NCBI GenBank assembly: GCA_965214705.1
Contig: CBDCCI010000002.1
Location: forward strand, 1,248,001-1,312,000
Direction: 5' to 3'
DNA length: 64,000 bases
From: Alphaproteobacteria bacterium
GTDB taxonomy: Bacteria; Pseudomonadota; Alphaproteobacteria; UBA828
Shown here: positions 8,127 through 19,163 of the stretch, one piece after another
How the letters are laid out: each line of letters opens with the position of its first letter
How positions within the stretch are numbered: position 1 is the stretch's first letter
Notes under the pieces: model-generated
What the model saw: the letters and a program-made list of their open reading frames with translations, nothing else
Database searches by the model: none
What the model was told of the DNA's origin: nothing
Program-made: the position numbers and the translations under genes

Positions 8127-11100
8127 TTACATCCCAATCTCCTGTCGTACGAAATTGGTGACAGCCGGCAGATTGCCTCGCACGATTAGCTCATTTTCTA
8201 CAATCACCGAAATGCTGCCGCCCACCTTTCGGTAATCTTCTACTGCGATATCGGCTGCACAATTCGACGTTAACGGTCCCGATAGAGCTATTATAAACTC
8301 GTCGCCGTTGTTTTTCCGCACCAAAATGGGAGCCACCAACCCTTCCATTTCCTGATCGAGTTCAGCGTCCAGCTCCAGTTCGACGCCAGGTAATCCCTGT
8401 CGCCGAAGATCGTGATACAGCAGAGTGGTCGAGCGGGAGAGACGCGCTGGATCAAACTGTGGCATTGTTCCGAACGCTAGATACTCCAGAAGCTCAGCAC
8501 CCGTATGGCGATCCAGGAGATTGTGTTCAAACTTATTCTTGTAGCTACGCAAACATCTGTAGCATGATGCGTCGCAACCTTCCTTGCACGACTTCAACAC
8601 GCTCAGTGCCTTCTCCAGCAATTCCTGTCCGAAGTATGCCGCCAATCTCGAAAACCCCGCACCCCCCGCCAATGTGTCGTAGAAAAATATCTCCGCTTCC
8701 GACCCCAGCTTTCCTTCTGGCGTAAGAGCCGGACGGTACTCTGCCATGACTTCCCCGCCCTCAACCTGGAGCAACTCACAAGCTGCCTTGGACAATGCCT
8801 CACTTACGGTACGCAAGGCTACCTTCGTCGATGAATAGCCTGGTCGAAGGTTCATTGGTGGTGCTACTCGGAACGAGAATAGCGCTATGTCCGTGATGAA
8901 GTCTGTCCCTAGCACGATATGTCTAGTAGAGCTGGTCCCATCACAAATGTTTTTCTTGTCATCTTCCGGGTACGGCTTTCGATGCGCACCATTTAGTTTC
9001 GGCTCATGTTCATAAGTGGATTCTATTCTTCCGCAACTTGTGCAGTACGTGTACCCATCACTTTTCGGCCCGGTATTCGATACCAGAAGGTGCTGTCGAT
9101 CCGTTAGCACCCGCACTCGTTCGTTGATTTCTCTCCACCCGGCGGACTCGTCCGGCGGTGTACCCATTGTCAGCTTTGCCCGCGTAGCGTAGCTCGTCTC
9201 CGGCATATCATCCGGCGACGTTACTTCTTCGAGATCAACGGGGTGTGCGAATCCTGGTGGGCGAAGCCAATATCTGCCGGGGCCGAAGCTTCCCTCTCCA
9301 CCACACGCTTCACAGTCGTGTTTATCCCCTCTGTCCCTCTCCGTCGTCTCGAACGTCCTGGCAAACCCGCACTCCCGACACTCCATATAGATTCGCTTGG
9401 TTGACCACGCGTCGAACCTCTCGTCCCGGAAAGGCGAGTAGATCGCTCCCGAAGTGTAGCACTTGCCGGAAATCCACACTTGCTTTCCGGGGGCATATTG
9501 CGACAGCGCCACCGGCAGACCTTGAGACGGTGCGAACCGCATGATCGGCCGGAACGGCGTCGACCGCCCTTTGTCGAATACGTGAAACGTCGCCACGTCC
9601 GTTGGAAATGCGTAGCGTGGCAGAACCCCGCAATACAATAGCCTATCCAGCAGCTTTCCGGAGTTCCAGGACTGCTGCCCCCGCTCTTCTCCCTCCTCCG
9701 ATGCAACCTCGGCTCCCACTTCTTCGTTGCCGTCGTTCACTTCCGCAGAACCGTCGTCGTCTTCCCTTCGTCCGATCGCTCCGTCTATCGCCCTAAGGCA
9801 ATCTACCTTCATTCCCTCGAGAAGCCCGGCACGGTCGTGATCAGATAGTTCCTTAGGTATCCAGGAATCGACTTTTCTCCTTAGCTCCTCTTCATTCTCT
9901 TCCAACCACTTTGCGAAATTGTCCCGGCTCAGCACCCCCGTCCCGGTTCGGAACTCCGACACCGTACCAAGAACCGAAAACAGATCCTGTCGCATATCCG
10001 GATCAAGTTTCGGGATTCGCGCCTGGTGATAGTTCTGTAGCAGGAATGCGCGAATATGACGTCGGGCGATGTCCGCATTGTCAAGAGTCAGTCTCGGATC
10101 GACCACGTCACCACGGATCATGCCATCAGGTTCGGAAAAATAATGCTCATCGTGGCTGTCCGAACTACCGAACGCGACGACAGTCGCCACCGCATTGCCT
10201 CGACGTCCGGCTCTGCCACTACGTTGCTGGTAGTTGGCCCGTCCCGGTGGCATGTTGCGCAGAGCCACTCCTGACAACGCTCCAATGTCGATGCCGACCT
10301 CCATAGTCGTGGTGCTTGACAAGACATCAATGGCCGTTTGTGTCCCATCTTCAGGGTCCAATTGGATATCCTGGAACAGCAACTCGTTTTCCTCTGCCTT
10401 GGAAAACACATCTTCATTTTGCGGCGCATTCAGCTGGGCTGTATGTTCGGCGGCGATTAGAGCCATTGGCTGCCGAGGCGGATCCGTCAGCGCTTCCGTC
10501 ACCGCTTTGCGGTAGAATCCCTTCCGCGCGAGAAATACAATATCCGTATCGGGATGCATTTCGCGAACGCTCAGCTCACCGCAATCAAGGCAATGGTCCA
10601 GTCCCGGCACTGGACGATGAACAGACTTGCAACTTGTGCAATGGACCCAAGGACCATCAAAGCTCAAGGAAAGCTGGCTCCCCCGCAGACGCTTGAATCC
10701 ACCCTCTGCATCCTCCGCGAACAGGTTGAGGAGTTCTGGCGACCACTGGTTCCAAAACACCTTCTCGCCCTCTTTGTTCCTTAGGACGGTAGCCATTGCC
10801 CTAAATTTTGCCTTCTGACCGCCTATGCTGATACCTTGCGATCGTGGCCGTTTCCACCATACCGGCGGCATCGCGTTGAGCCAGAAGCCATGTCTTTGCC
10901 AGCAACGAAGCCAAGCCCTTGCGAGCCCCACCTTCGCCTCCGCTGTCTCAACAAGACCCGGGATTGACGGAAGGCGTTCCAGCGAAGTCGTCAGCTCTTG
11001 ACGCTCGACAATCGTGCCCAGAGCCAGTGCCTCAAAACCCAGAAATCGATCTCGGACAGTCGTTACGACGTTATCGAGGAGAGCCTCCGGCGGTCTTTCA

Positions 11101-13679
11101 CTGCGGAGCTTTATGCATAGCGCCAACAACTCCGCGTCATTGTCCAGCACACCCTGCTCGTAGGCTTCTGCGACGATCCCCTCCGCGGCGAAGCTCTCAC
11201 CGGACTTGATTTCCGGACGAAGACGAACCTTCAACCTGTTCGATGCCAACAAGACCGCCAAATACAAGTCGTCAAGACTTAGTAGTGACGCGAATGCCGG
11301 CAGCTCCTGCAGACGTCGATAGCCCCACGCTATAAGAGGTCGCAAAGAATCTCGATCGGAATACAGTTGCAGATTGGGCGCCAGCCGGGCAGCGACTTGC
11401 CTCGAATCCGCAAACGTCAATACTTTTCGCCCCTGCAATGGAGCGAAGCCGGTCGCCTCCACCGGTGCTGGTGGCTGAATTTGTACCTGTCGAGAGACCA
11501 AAGCCTGAAAAGGTTGGTCCCCTTTCGTCTGATGGTCTTGAACGTATGACCGCCCGAAACGCCCGGTTGCCCTACATACTGCGCACCTGATGAACTGCGC
11601 ACACGAAGCTTCGTCTGCGACTGTCTCACCATCTTCATCAACCGAATTCGCAATCCTGTCGCCACGGATGAACACGTTTCGCATGCGCTCGCCAGGCGCC
11701 GGCGGATTGAGTCGACCTGTTTCAAGGTCGTACTCGGCCAGTTCCACAGCGTCCTCATCCAAAGGCTCCTCCAAGAGAAGGTCGATTGCGGAGAGCGGCT
11801 CAGTATCGGCTGTTGCCATCCTTAGGCGTTCGCCGGGTTCGGCCCACAGCGCTGTCGGCTCCAGGGGATCATCGGTGTACGCTCTCGCGTATGCCGTCCC
11901 GCAGTTGCGACACGTATACAGTTCCAATACGCGAGCTCCGCAACCGCAAGATTCCCGCGGTTGCCCATACATTTTTCCGCAAACCGGATCTTCGGCTTCC
12001 TGTTCCCTCTCAGAGCACTCCGGATCCATGCACACCCACAATCCCGGGAGACCCCTAAAGAAATTGTGAATGCGGCATGGCAGCAGCCCAGGCGTATGTG
12101 GTTCCTCTCGGGCTACACTTCCTAGTGCCATCAACGTGGTAAGCGCTGCATTCGCCGCTTCTTTGGGTGCCCCGGGGAAAATTTCGCTGTCCAGCTCACC
12201 TAGCGGCAGCGCCTCTTTCATTGTCGCATTAATCAATAGCTTCATTGGCCCGTAGTCGAACAAAGCGCCGTAGAGCACGCGTTCCGCCGTGTCTCCCTTC
12301 GATACTCCCCTATATTCAACAAGCTCCTGGACTGTCTCTAGGCGTTCTGAGTCCGTATTCGCTTTGTAGAACCGTTCAAGATCGATTGAAGACAGTATTT
12401 CTGCATCCCGCTCCGTTCCAAACGCTTCCTCTTCTTTCAGGTCAAGCGTACCGGTTATGGCAACAAAGGAACTTGACGACAGACCGGACAATTGTGCGCC
12501 GAATTCAGGGGCATATTCTCGCCTACGAAAACTGGCCGTAGCACTAATTATCTGCAAACGATCTTCGCCTATTCCCAGTCGATCTCGCAACCTCCGTATA
12601 AGCAAACCAACTTCCGCGCCACCAGCACCTCTGTACAGATGCGCTTCGTCAAGAACCACCAGGAACCGTTCGTCCGGATTTGCTTCAAGCCATCGACTCG
12701 TCGCGTCAAAAATAGGACGCTCGATCGGCCGCATCAGCATGTATTCGAGCATTGAGTAGTTCGTGACCAAGAGGTCCGGCGGCGCGACCTGCACCTCATG
12801 CCGCGTGATCAATTCCGAATCCTCGGGCAGTGTTACCGCTCGCCGAAAATCTCCGGTTTTAGGGTCCTTCCATCGACTGCCTTTACTTCCTAGCCATGCT
12901 GACAGGCTCGGCTTGGCTGGCCATTTCCCGTGTTCCTTCAGTTCGTTCAAGAGACTCTGCGCCTTTCCCCTTTCGTCCTGATCTGCCGACTTAGCTTTGC
13001 GTTCAATGTCCGCATAGAAGTCGTCAATAGCCTTCAGTTTTCTGCCATCCTTGTTCGGACTGCGCATGCCGGCGTAGGGTGTTCTGCTCGTATAACGCGC
13101 GAAACGAGGAGGGCGAGCCGACCAGCTCTTGAAGAGTTCTACGATCCTGGGATCCCCGAACAAGCCTCGTAGCCGACCCAGTTGATCGTTGACCAGCGCG
13201 TTCATTGGATAAAGAACCAGCGCGCGCATGGCTGGTAAACCATTGAAGGATTCTGGCTGCCGCTTTGCTTCCCCGGCCAGCTTTCCGAGAATCGGCAGCA
13301 GGAAAGATTCCGTCTTCCCGGATCCGGTTCCGGTCATAATGACCAGGTTTCGTCCTTCGATCAGGCATCCGCGAATGGCATCTGACTGATGGCTGTACGG
13401 CGGATCGTAAACCAGCTGCGGGAGTTCTCCGTCCTCCTTGGCTATGGCCAGATATGCTTCCAGGGCCGCATCAGGCAGTCCCACCATCTCCGACAGTGCT
13501 TCGCCTGACGAATAGCGTGGTGTCGATTCCAGATACGGGACCTGATAAATCAAGCCAGGCTGATCCAGTAGTGCCTTACGCTGCCGAATGAGGGATGGCC
13601 CACTGATATGGTATGTCGCTTCAATGTATTCGCTTAGCGCGCGGTGAAGCTGCTCGATCGATTCTTGCGTGGTGTGCAT
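8127..13679 (-). CDS. druE: Druantia DruE: large DEAD/DEAH-box helicase with DUF1998-type C-terminus
   Basis: TGTGSGKTE, YPMNALVNDQ, VLDEAH, SAT, TTTMEVGIDIG, YQQRSGRAGR, C-terminal YDTLAGGAG..CDASCYRCL; about 1850 aa, last gene of an operon starting with a DUF4338 gene. Confidence 0.9.
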   Translation of the reverse strand: MHTTQESIEQLHRALSEYIEATYHISGPSLIRQRKALLDQPGLIYQVPYLESTPRYSSGEALSEMVGLPDAALEAYLAIAKEDGELPQLVYDPPYSHQSDAIRGCLIEGRNLVIMTGTGSGKTESFLLPILGKLAGEAKRQPESFNGLPAMRALVLYPMNALVNDQLGRLRGLFGDPRIVELFKSWSARPPRFARYTSRTPYAGMRSPNKDGRKLKAIDDFYADIERKAKSADQDERGKAQSLLNELKEHGKWPAKPSLSAWLGSKGSRWKDPKTGDFRRAVTLPEDSELITRHEVQVAPPDLLVTNYSMLEYMLMRPIERPIFDATSRWLEANPDERFLVVLDEAHLYRGAGGAEVGLLIRRLRDRLGIGEDRLQIISATASFRRREYAPEFGAQLSGLSSSSFVAITGTLDLKEEEAFGTERDAEILSSIDLERFYKANTDSERLETVQELVEYRGVSKGDTAERVLYGALFDYGPMKLLINATMKEALPLGELDSEIFPGAPKEAANAALTTLMALGSVAREEPHTPGLLPCRIHNFFRGLPGLWVCMDPECSEREQEAEDPVCGKMYGQPRESCGCGARVLELYTCRNCGTAYARAYTDDPLEPTALWAEPGERLRMATADTEPLSAIDLLLEEPLDEDAVELAEYDLETGRLNPPAPGERMRNVFIRGDRIANSVDEDGETVADEASCAQFIRCAVCRATGRFGRSYVQDHQTKGDQPFQALVSRQVQIQPPAPVEATGFAPLQGRKVLTFADSRQVAARLAPNLQLYSDRDSLRPLIAWGYRRLQELPAFASLLSLDDLYLAVLLASNRLKVRLRPEIKSGESFAAEGIVAEAYEQGVLDNDAELLALCIKLRSERPPEALLDNVVTTVRDRFLGFEALALGTIVERQELTTSLERLPSIPGLVETAEAKVGLARAWLRCWQRHGFWLNAMPPVWWKRPRSQGISIGGQKAKFRAMATVLRNKEGEKVFWNQWSPELLNLFAEDAEGGFKRLRGSQLSLSFDGPWVHCTSCKSVHRPVPGLDHCLDCGELSVREMHPDTDIVFLARKGFYRKAVTEALTDPPRQPMALIAAEHTAQLNAPQNEDVFSKAEENELLFQDIQLDPEDGTQTAIDVLSSTTTMEVGIDIGALSGVALRNMPPGRANYQQRSGRAGRRGNAVATVVAFGSSDSHDEHYFSEPDGMIRGDVVDPRLTLDNADIARRHIRAFLLQNYHQARIPKLDPDMRQDLFSVLGTVSEFRTGTGVLSRDNFAKWLEENEEELRRKVDSWIPKELSDHDRAGLLEGMKVDCLRAIDGAIGRREDDDGSAEVNDGNEEVGAEVASEEGEERGQQSWNSGKLLDRLLYCGVLPRYAFPTDVATFHVFDKGRSTPFRPIMRFAPSQGLPVALSQYAPGKQVWISGKCYTSGAIYSPFRDERFDAWSTKRIYMECRECGFARTFETTERDRGDKHDCEACGGEGSFGPGRYWLRPPGFAHPVDLEEVTSPDDMPETSYATRAKLTMGTPPDESAGWREINERVRVLTDRQHLLVSNTGPKSDGYTYCTSCGRIESTYEHEPKLNGAHRKPYPEDDKKNICDGTSSTRHIVLGTDFITDIALFSFRVAPPMNLRPGYSSTKVALRTVSEALSKAACELLQVEGGEVMAEYRPALTPEGKLGSEAEIFFYDTLAGGAGFSRLAAYFGQELLEKALSVLKSCKEGCDASCYRCLRSYKNKFEHNLLDRHTGAELLEYLAFGTMPQFDPARLSRSTTLLYHDLRRQGLPGVELELDAELDQEMEGLVAPILVRKNNGDEFIIALSGPLTSNCAADIAVEDYRKVGGSISVIVENELIVRGNLPAVTNFVRQEIGM

Positions 13680-13689
13680 CACCTGTCCT

Positions 13690-14799
13690 CTATCCGGAGT
13701 CTTCTGTACGCGAGAGCCAGAGAGTTTTCTGCAAGAACCGCTCTTCGTCTTCCGCAGCGGCATAGGGCAATGCGTATGCCATCAGGCACGACCCTGCCTG
13801 CGCCGCCCTGCCGAACGTGATGAGACGTCTCTCAGCCCAAGCCGGCAGCGGCGAGAAAAACTCGAAACGCCATTCTGCGTCACCGGAATGCACTCGATAC
13901 CGCTGGGGTTCGCCACGATCCGCATCAATAGCCATCTGGAGATGCCAGGCTTCGTCGCAACCGCGCCAATGCGACCGCTTTCTCGGCATATCCATGAACC
14001 GCCTGGAAGCCCCTTCCACCAGTTCGACAAAGCACCAAATCGGGGCACCGTACTCCTGAGGCCGCCTTCCCACGAAGGTGCCCGTTTCCCCTTCACTGCT
14101 TTTCCATCGGCCCCGATAATAGGTAACCGGCTGTTCTGCAACTAGGACCTCCAGACCTTCGACTTCACCCGAAGGGGGCACTTCATCGAGTCCTCGGCGA
14201 TACCGCTCCAATACACGCTTGGCCTCTTCCGCCTTGGGACTCCTGAGCCATGACCTCTCCGACAGTCGCTGAAGCCCCTGCTCTTCCATCCTCCCAGCCA
14301 AGTCCTCGCCTGGCTCCGGCGTGATCAGCCTCGTATAGCCCTGCGCACACACCCTTGACGCAAGCGAATCCGGTAGAAAGATATCTTGGTCGCTCACTAT
14401 TCCGATAACAAATATCTCGTTATTTGGACGGACAACATAACTGGGAGGAGCGGCGAAGACCCATGTACCTCTAACTGACGGATCGAGCGTACTCACATCA
14501 TGTAACTCCAATAAGTCGCCCGTAACCACCAGCCCCTCGACGATTGCCTCAATCCTTTCTCCGACGAGTTCACCCGAGTCGGAAAGATATTGGAGCGCTT
14601 CAGTAAGTGACGTTCGAAGCGTGGCCCTGGAGCACGGACAGCAGATTCCTGCACCCCGCCGAATAAGCGCAATCAGTAAATCGTCATCTACACTTGTACA
14701 GCCGGAACTATTTAGGCCAAGCGTTTCCCGACAGACATCCAGTATTTCCTGCTTCTCAATCTTTTCTATCATTCGATCATCCCATGTCTTCAGCTTCAC
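13690..14799 (-). CDS. druD: Druantia DruD-like protein
   Basis: 369 aa, immediately upstream of druE and coupled to the preceding gene (GTGA); assignment rests mainly on position and size. Confidence 0.7.
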   Translation of the reverse strand: MKLKTWDDRMIEKIEKQEILDVCRETLGLNSSGCTSVDDDLLIALIRRGAGICCPCSRATLRTSLTEALQYLSDSGELVGERIEAIVEGLVVTGDLLELHDVSTLDPSVRGTWVFAAPPSYVVRPNNEIFVIGIVSDQDIFLPDSLASRVCAQGYTRLITPEPGEDLAGRMEEQGLQRLSERSWLRSPKAEEAKRVLERYRRGLDEVPPSGEVEGLEVLVAEQPVTYYRGRWKSSEGETGTFVGRRPQEYGAPIWCFVELVEGASRRFMDMPRKRSHWRGCDEAWHLQMAIDADRGEPQRYRVHSGDAEWRFEFFSPLPAWAERRLITFGRAAQAGSCLMAYALPYAAAEDEERFLQKTLWLSRTEDSG

Positions 14800-15188
14800 G
14801 AAGTCCGCGCAAACAAACGTGACAACTGAAGAAATCGCGCGCCACGTAATACAGACGGATTCTCTCGAACTGCATGGAGAAACTTGTTGACATCGTCACC
14901 GAAGAGCTCCGGAATCCGGTGGACTTCGCGCGCCAAACTGAACGCGAATCTGGTTAGCGCAGGGTCGGTACACACATGATATCGCTTGGCCAGATCCATG
15001 TACCAGCGCAAGTCCCGGGTGCCCTCACCGGTGGCCTGCTCGTACTCCCGTCGCAAGACCGCGCCGAAGCCTGTAGATCTTCTTTCAACCGATCGCTGGA
15101 GCATATCCAGCGACTGTTTATTACTTGGCGACCTTCTTAAGGTTTCTTCGGCCCGTACCCAATTCCGACCACACAATTTCTCATAGAC
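14796..15188 (-). pseudogene. C-terminal 130 codons of the DruB/C-like gene, separated by the IS
   Basis: Removing the IS and one AATG copy joins RYLAI to VYEKLCGRNW in frame. Confidence 0.8.
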
Positions 15189-15192
15189 AATG

Positions 15193-16686
15193 GAGCCTCT
15201 TGCAAAATAGCTGAGTCGAGTTGCTCTTCTGCCTGAGTGAAGGCCTTTGCGGTGGGACCGGCCCACCCTCGTGAGTATCATGTGCTGCCGCAAAACACCG
15301 CATGATGACCACGGAGGAGTGGAGCCGTGTCCCTGCGCGAGATGCTATCGGATTACTGGTACGCCTTTCAACAAGAGTTATTCCCGAGGCTCGAGAGCGA
15401 GCTTGGCCCGATGGGCGAGCGCTACGAGCTGTTCGTCGCGGTTCTGGAACTGGTGCGGGTCGAGGCTCTTCTGCCCTACTTCCGCGGCCAGGTAGGGCGG
15501 CCGGAGGAGGACCGCGCGGCGCTGGCGCGCGCCTTCATCGCCAAGGCCGTGTTCGACGTTCCGACGACGCGCGGCCTGATCGAGCGTCTTGAGGTTGACG
15601 GCAGGCTATGGCGGCTGTGCGGCTGGAGCGGTGCCGGGCGGCTTCCGAGCGAGGCGACGTTTTCGCGGGCCTTTTCCGAGTTTGCCGAGAGCCGTCTTGC
15701 GAACCGTCTGCATGAGACGTTGATTGCGCGGACGATGGATGGCCATCTTGTCGAGCACATCTCGCGGGATGCGACGGCGATCGAGGCGCGGGAGAAGCCG
15801 AAGCCGAAGGCAGCGAAGCCGAAGCGGCGCAAGCGGGGGCGGCCACGCAAGGGAGAGGCGCGGGCGAAGGAGCCGAGCCGGCTGGAACGGCAACTGACGA
15901 TGAGCCTTCCGCAGATGCTGGCAGACCTGCCGAGGGCCTGCGATGTCGGCAGCAAGCGCAACGCCAAGGGCCATACCACCTCCTGGATCGGGTACAAGCT
16001 GCACGTCGATACCGCCGATGGCGGGATCCCCATCAGCTGCATCATGACGTCTGCGTCGACGCATGACTCCCAGGTGGCGATTCCGTTGGGAACCCTGACG
16101 GCCGGGCGGGTCGAGAACCTCTACGACCTTATGGACGCGGCCTATGATTCCATCGAGATCTGGGCGCACAGCATCTTGCTGGGCCACAAGCCGATCATCG
16201 ACGTGAACCCCCGCCGCTCGGTCGAAATGCAAGAGGCGTTGAAGCAGGAGAAGAAGGCGCGGCGCACGCTCGGCCTCGTCTTTCCCGAGGAGCGTCGTTA
16301 CGTCGTGCGCTCGGGGTCCGAGCGGATCAATGGGCGGCTCAAGGATGAGTTCGGCGGCCGCCATGTCCGCGTGCGCGGGTACGACAAGGTTCTCGCCCAC
16401 CTCATGTTCGGCATGACCGTGCTGACGGCCAGCCAGCTGATGCGCCTTATCGTTCCGCCGATCTAGTCCGGCTCCTCTCCTTCGCCATCACCGCAGCCGC
16501 ACTTCCTGAGAGGCGGAGCGGCCAAACGCGCCTGGAGTTCGGCGAAAATACCGAATCGGAGGCAGCGCCAACGCTGATCCGACCATGGTCGCGATCAAAA
16601 TCGCGCCAATTGCCGTGCGCCGACGTCGCTGCTAGCTTGGGTGTTCTTGCGCCGCTCCGAGTCGATCAGAGTTTTGCAAGCGGCTC
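15193..16686 (+). mobile_element. Insertion sequence, 1494 bp (IS1182/IS5-like DDE)
   Basis: Terminal IRs GAGCCTCTTGCAAAA (15193-15207) and TTTTGCAAGCGGCTC (16672-16686), 14/15 match; AATG direct repeats at 15189-15192 and 16687-16690. Confidence 0.92.
15327..16466 (+). CDS. DDE transposase (IS1182/IS5-like)
   Basis: PSEATFSR, ISRDATAI, WIGYKLH, LMDAAYD, ERINGRLKDEFG motifs; lies within the IRs. Confidence 0.92.
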   Translation: MSLREMLSDYWYAFQQELFPRLESELGPMGERYELFVAVLELVRVEALLPYFRGQVGRPEEDRAALARAFIAKAVFDVPTTRGLIERLEVDGRLWRLCGWSGAGRLPSEATFSRAFSEFAESRLANRLHETLIARTMDGHLVEHISRDATAIEAREKPKPKAAKPKRRKRGRPRKGEARAKEPSRLERQLTMSLPQMLADLPRACDVGSKRNAKGHTTSWIGYKLHVDTADGGIPISCIMTSASTHDSQVAIPLGTLTAGRVENLYDLMDAAYDSIEIWAHSILLGHKPIIDVNPRRSVEMQEALKQEKKARRTLGLVFPEERRYVVRSGSERINGRLKDEFGGRHVRVRGYDKVLAHLMFGMTVLTASQLMRLIVPPI

Positions 16687-19134
16687 AATGGCGAGGTACC
16701 GTTGCTTTATCTTTTCCCATCTGATTTGTATGATCGGGCCGTACCGTCTAGCATTGTGCCAATTCGAATATACGATCAAGTTGTCATGCTCCAAAGTAGT
16801 TACCTTTTGTAGTTGAGAAAAATCTGATTCAACAATCAACCCTTCAAATCCCTGCCCCGTGAGGCCACTACTGACAACTACGCAATCCTCGAACACCCCT
16901 TGTCTTGCTACCAACAGTCCACCGGGTGGCTGGACGATCCATCCTCCCAGCATTTGATCGGGCGGACATCGGCGCCCCACTATGGGCGCCTCCATACCAA
17001 AGAAGGTTATATCCAAGTCCGTTTCTTCTTCTCCGCTATCATCCACTAGACGCACAACGATATCGTCCTGATCGCGATTCAAGACCCAACGCAATGGAGG
17101 AACATCGTGCTCAAAGCGGAAAGAAAGGGTACCCAGCTCCTCGGCCGACACATCTAGGTCGCCGGTCGCTGCTCCAAGATAGATCCAAGTGTTCTTGTCT
17201 CTATTCAGAAACTGACCGAACCTTTCTTTCCACACATCTGGACGAAGAGGTAGTTCCATGCGTCCGCCGACTTCTTCGGAGAGTATTTCGCCTCCCGTCC
17301 TGTCGCTGAGTCGAACCTTGGCTGACACGGGCCGACCTTCCGGCCCGAATACCGAGAGCCTTACCTCGTTCCTCCAGAACGTTTCCAGATCCGCATCATG
17401 CGGCTCGAGGTTACCGATTAGTCCACTGTGTGACGCGACACCTGGAATCCACGGCTCTGGCTCTCTTACGTGAAGCGCAATGTGCCCTTCTGCCTCGGGC
17501 CTCGAGATGACTGCGCCAAGCTCGCCACTGCGCCTCGCCTTGACCGTGAGGACATGCTTGCCCGTCTGCAACCGCGGCAACCGTACGAATACGGGTTCTC
17601 CAGGCCTATCTGCCTCGACTGCTACCTCGCTTTCTCCGTTGAGGCGCAGCAAGTACCGCTCCACCTCGTAGTCATGCACCATACCGATAATAGGAGTCTC
17701 AGTTGTTAACCACTCGCTCAGTCCTTCCCCATTCCAGCCCCGACCCGGAAGCCCGGCAGGCCAGACGCGAGTCGTGTGCACCACCCTCAGACTGAATTGC
17801 GAAAGCCACTCCACGATGTCCGCAGTCGTCTCGTCGGGTGCATCCAATCGATAGGCCGATATCCCAGCACAATCGACGTCAAGCGATTGCATACCGAACC
17901 TGAGGTCATCCAGCTCCTCGGCGGACACGATGATGTATCTGCCCCCGGGCCGAAGGTTGCCGCCAGCTATTTCCCGCCCCGTTCCATCCTCGCCGATACG
18001 GAACAGCCAGATCGGTCCAGCACTCATCCGACATGAGGTCTGGAGGATGTTGTCAAGGCGTGGTTCCGACCGCTCGAACTGGATCATCGGTTGCGCAGGA
18101 TCGGGCCACCGTTTCAGGACGCCCTTTCTGTTTCCGTATAGCAACCATCCGCCTGGCTTGTAGTCGTCGGCGCCACTAAGTTGACACCTTGTGCCTCTCA
18201 CGAATGAACGAATATCGCCACTCAGCGCGCAAACTTCCTTGAAGGAGGGCGCCTCCGCCCAGACAATCCATTTTCCTCCGCCGCGATGACTGAAGCAGAT
18301 CCTGGGCCTTACATCCGGCGCCGACTCTTCCCGCCCATGACTTTCACCCTGGCGAATACCTCCTCCGCCACCTGGGAGCCCTCCTGCTATGCCTACAAAC
18401 CTGTCCCTGACATACCTTCGGGCCTCGCCAAGCCACTCGCGCGCGTTGCGTGTCTCTTCCAAGTCCCTGACAATGCGTTCCAGCGTGGGCGGGTAGATGG
18501 GCTCCGTACCCTCTTCCGGCCATTCTCCGAGGAGTCCCAACACTATTCGCCCGGTCAACTCCTCTTGTTGAAGGAAGTCTTGGAAGCGCGCTGAGCTGTG
18601 ATATGCATTACCGGCAAATCGTCTACCGACACCACTTGGATTCACTGACGTCAAAATACCCAAACTGTGACGCTGATGATATAGCTCCTTGGCAAACTGC
18701 AATTGCAAGTACTTCGGGAGAATGGCATGGGTAATCGGTCTAGAAATGATGCTGAAGTGATTGGCCCACCGACCGCTGGGAACTACCCCGTTGTAGGTTC
18801 TCAAGAATCTCCGAAACCACTGAGATAACTGACTACGATGCCGACCGTCCCACAACGGCGTTTGCGTTTCAAATGATGGCCAATACTCGTCACCCTTGTA
18901 TTGATACCCGTGTTCAGTCGAATAGATGACCCACAACAACCAGTGTGTTGACAGTCGATCACCCCTCTTCAAGCGCAAACGTAGCCCATCGGCAATTTCT
19001 TCGACTTCGTCCTCGTCGAGCCCATGCTCGATGGCAAATACACCCAACCCAGTCTCTTTCCGCCCTACCGAAAGCTCTTGAAAATGCCGTTCAATCCGAT
19101 CCTGCCAATCGTCGAGAGACCTCATCATAGCCAC
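16687..19134 (-). pseudogene. Druantia DruB/DruC-like (apparently fused) gene, N-terminal 816 codons, interrupted by the IS
   Basis: Only ORF between druA and druD; the last six codons of the 822-aa ORF (EPLAKL) come from the IS end; reconstructed protein 946 aa. Confidence 0.75.
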
Positions 19135-19163
19135 TCTGCCCCATGCTCCGACGTTGCGTCCAG

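Noticed and set aside
8127-13679. DISARM DrmA/DrmB reading of the helicase-DUF1998 gene
   Set aside because: No methyltransferase or PLD nuclease; DUF4338 gene and gene order fit Druantia
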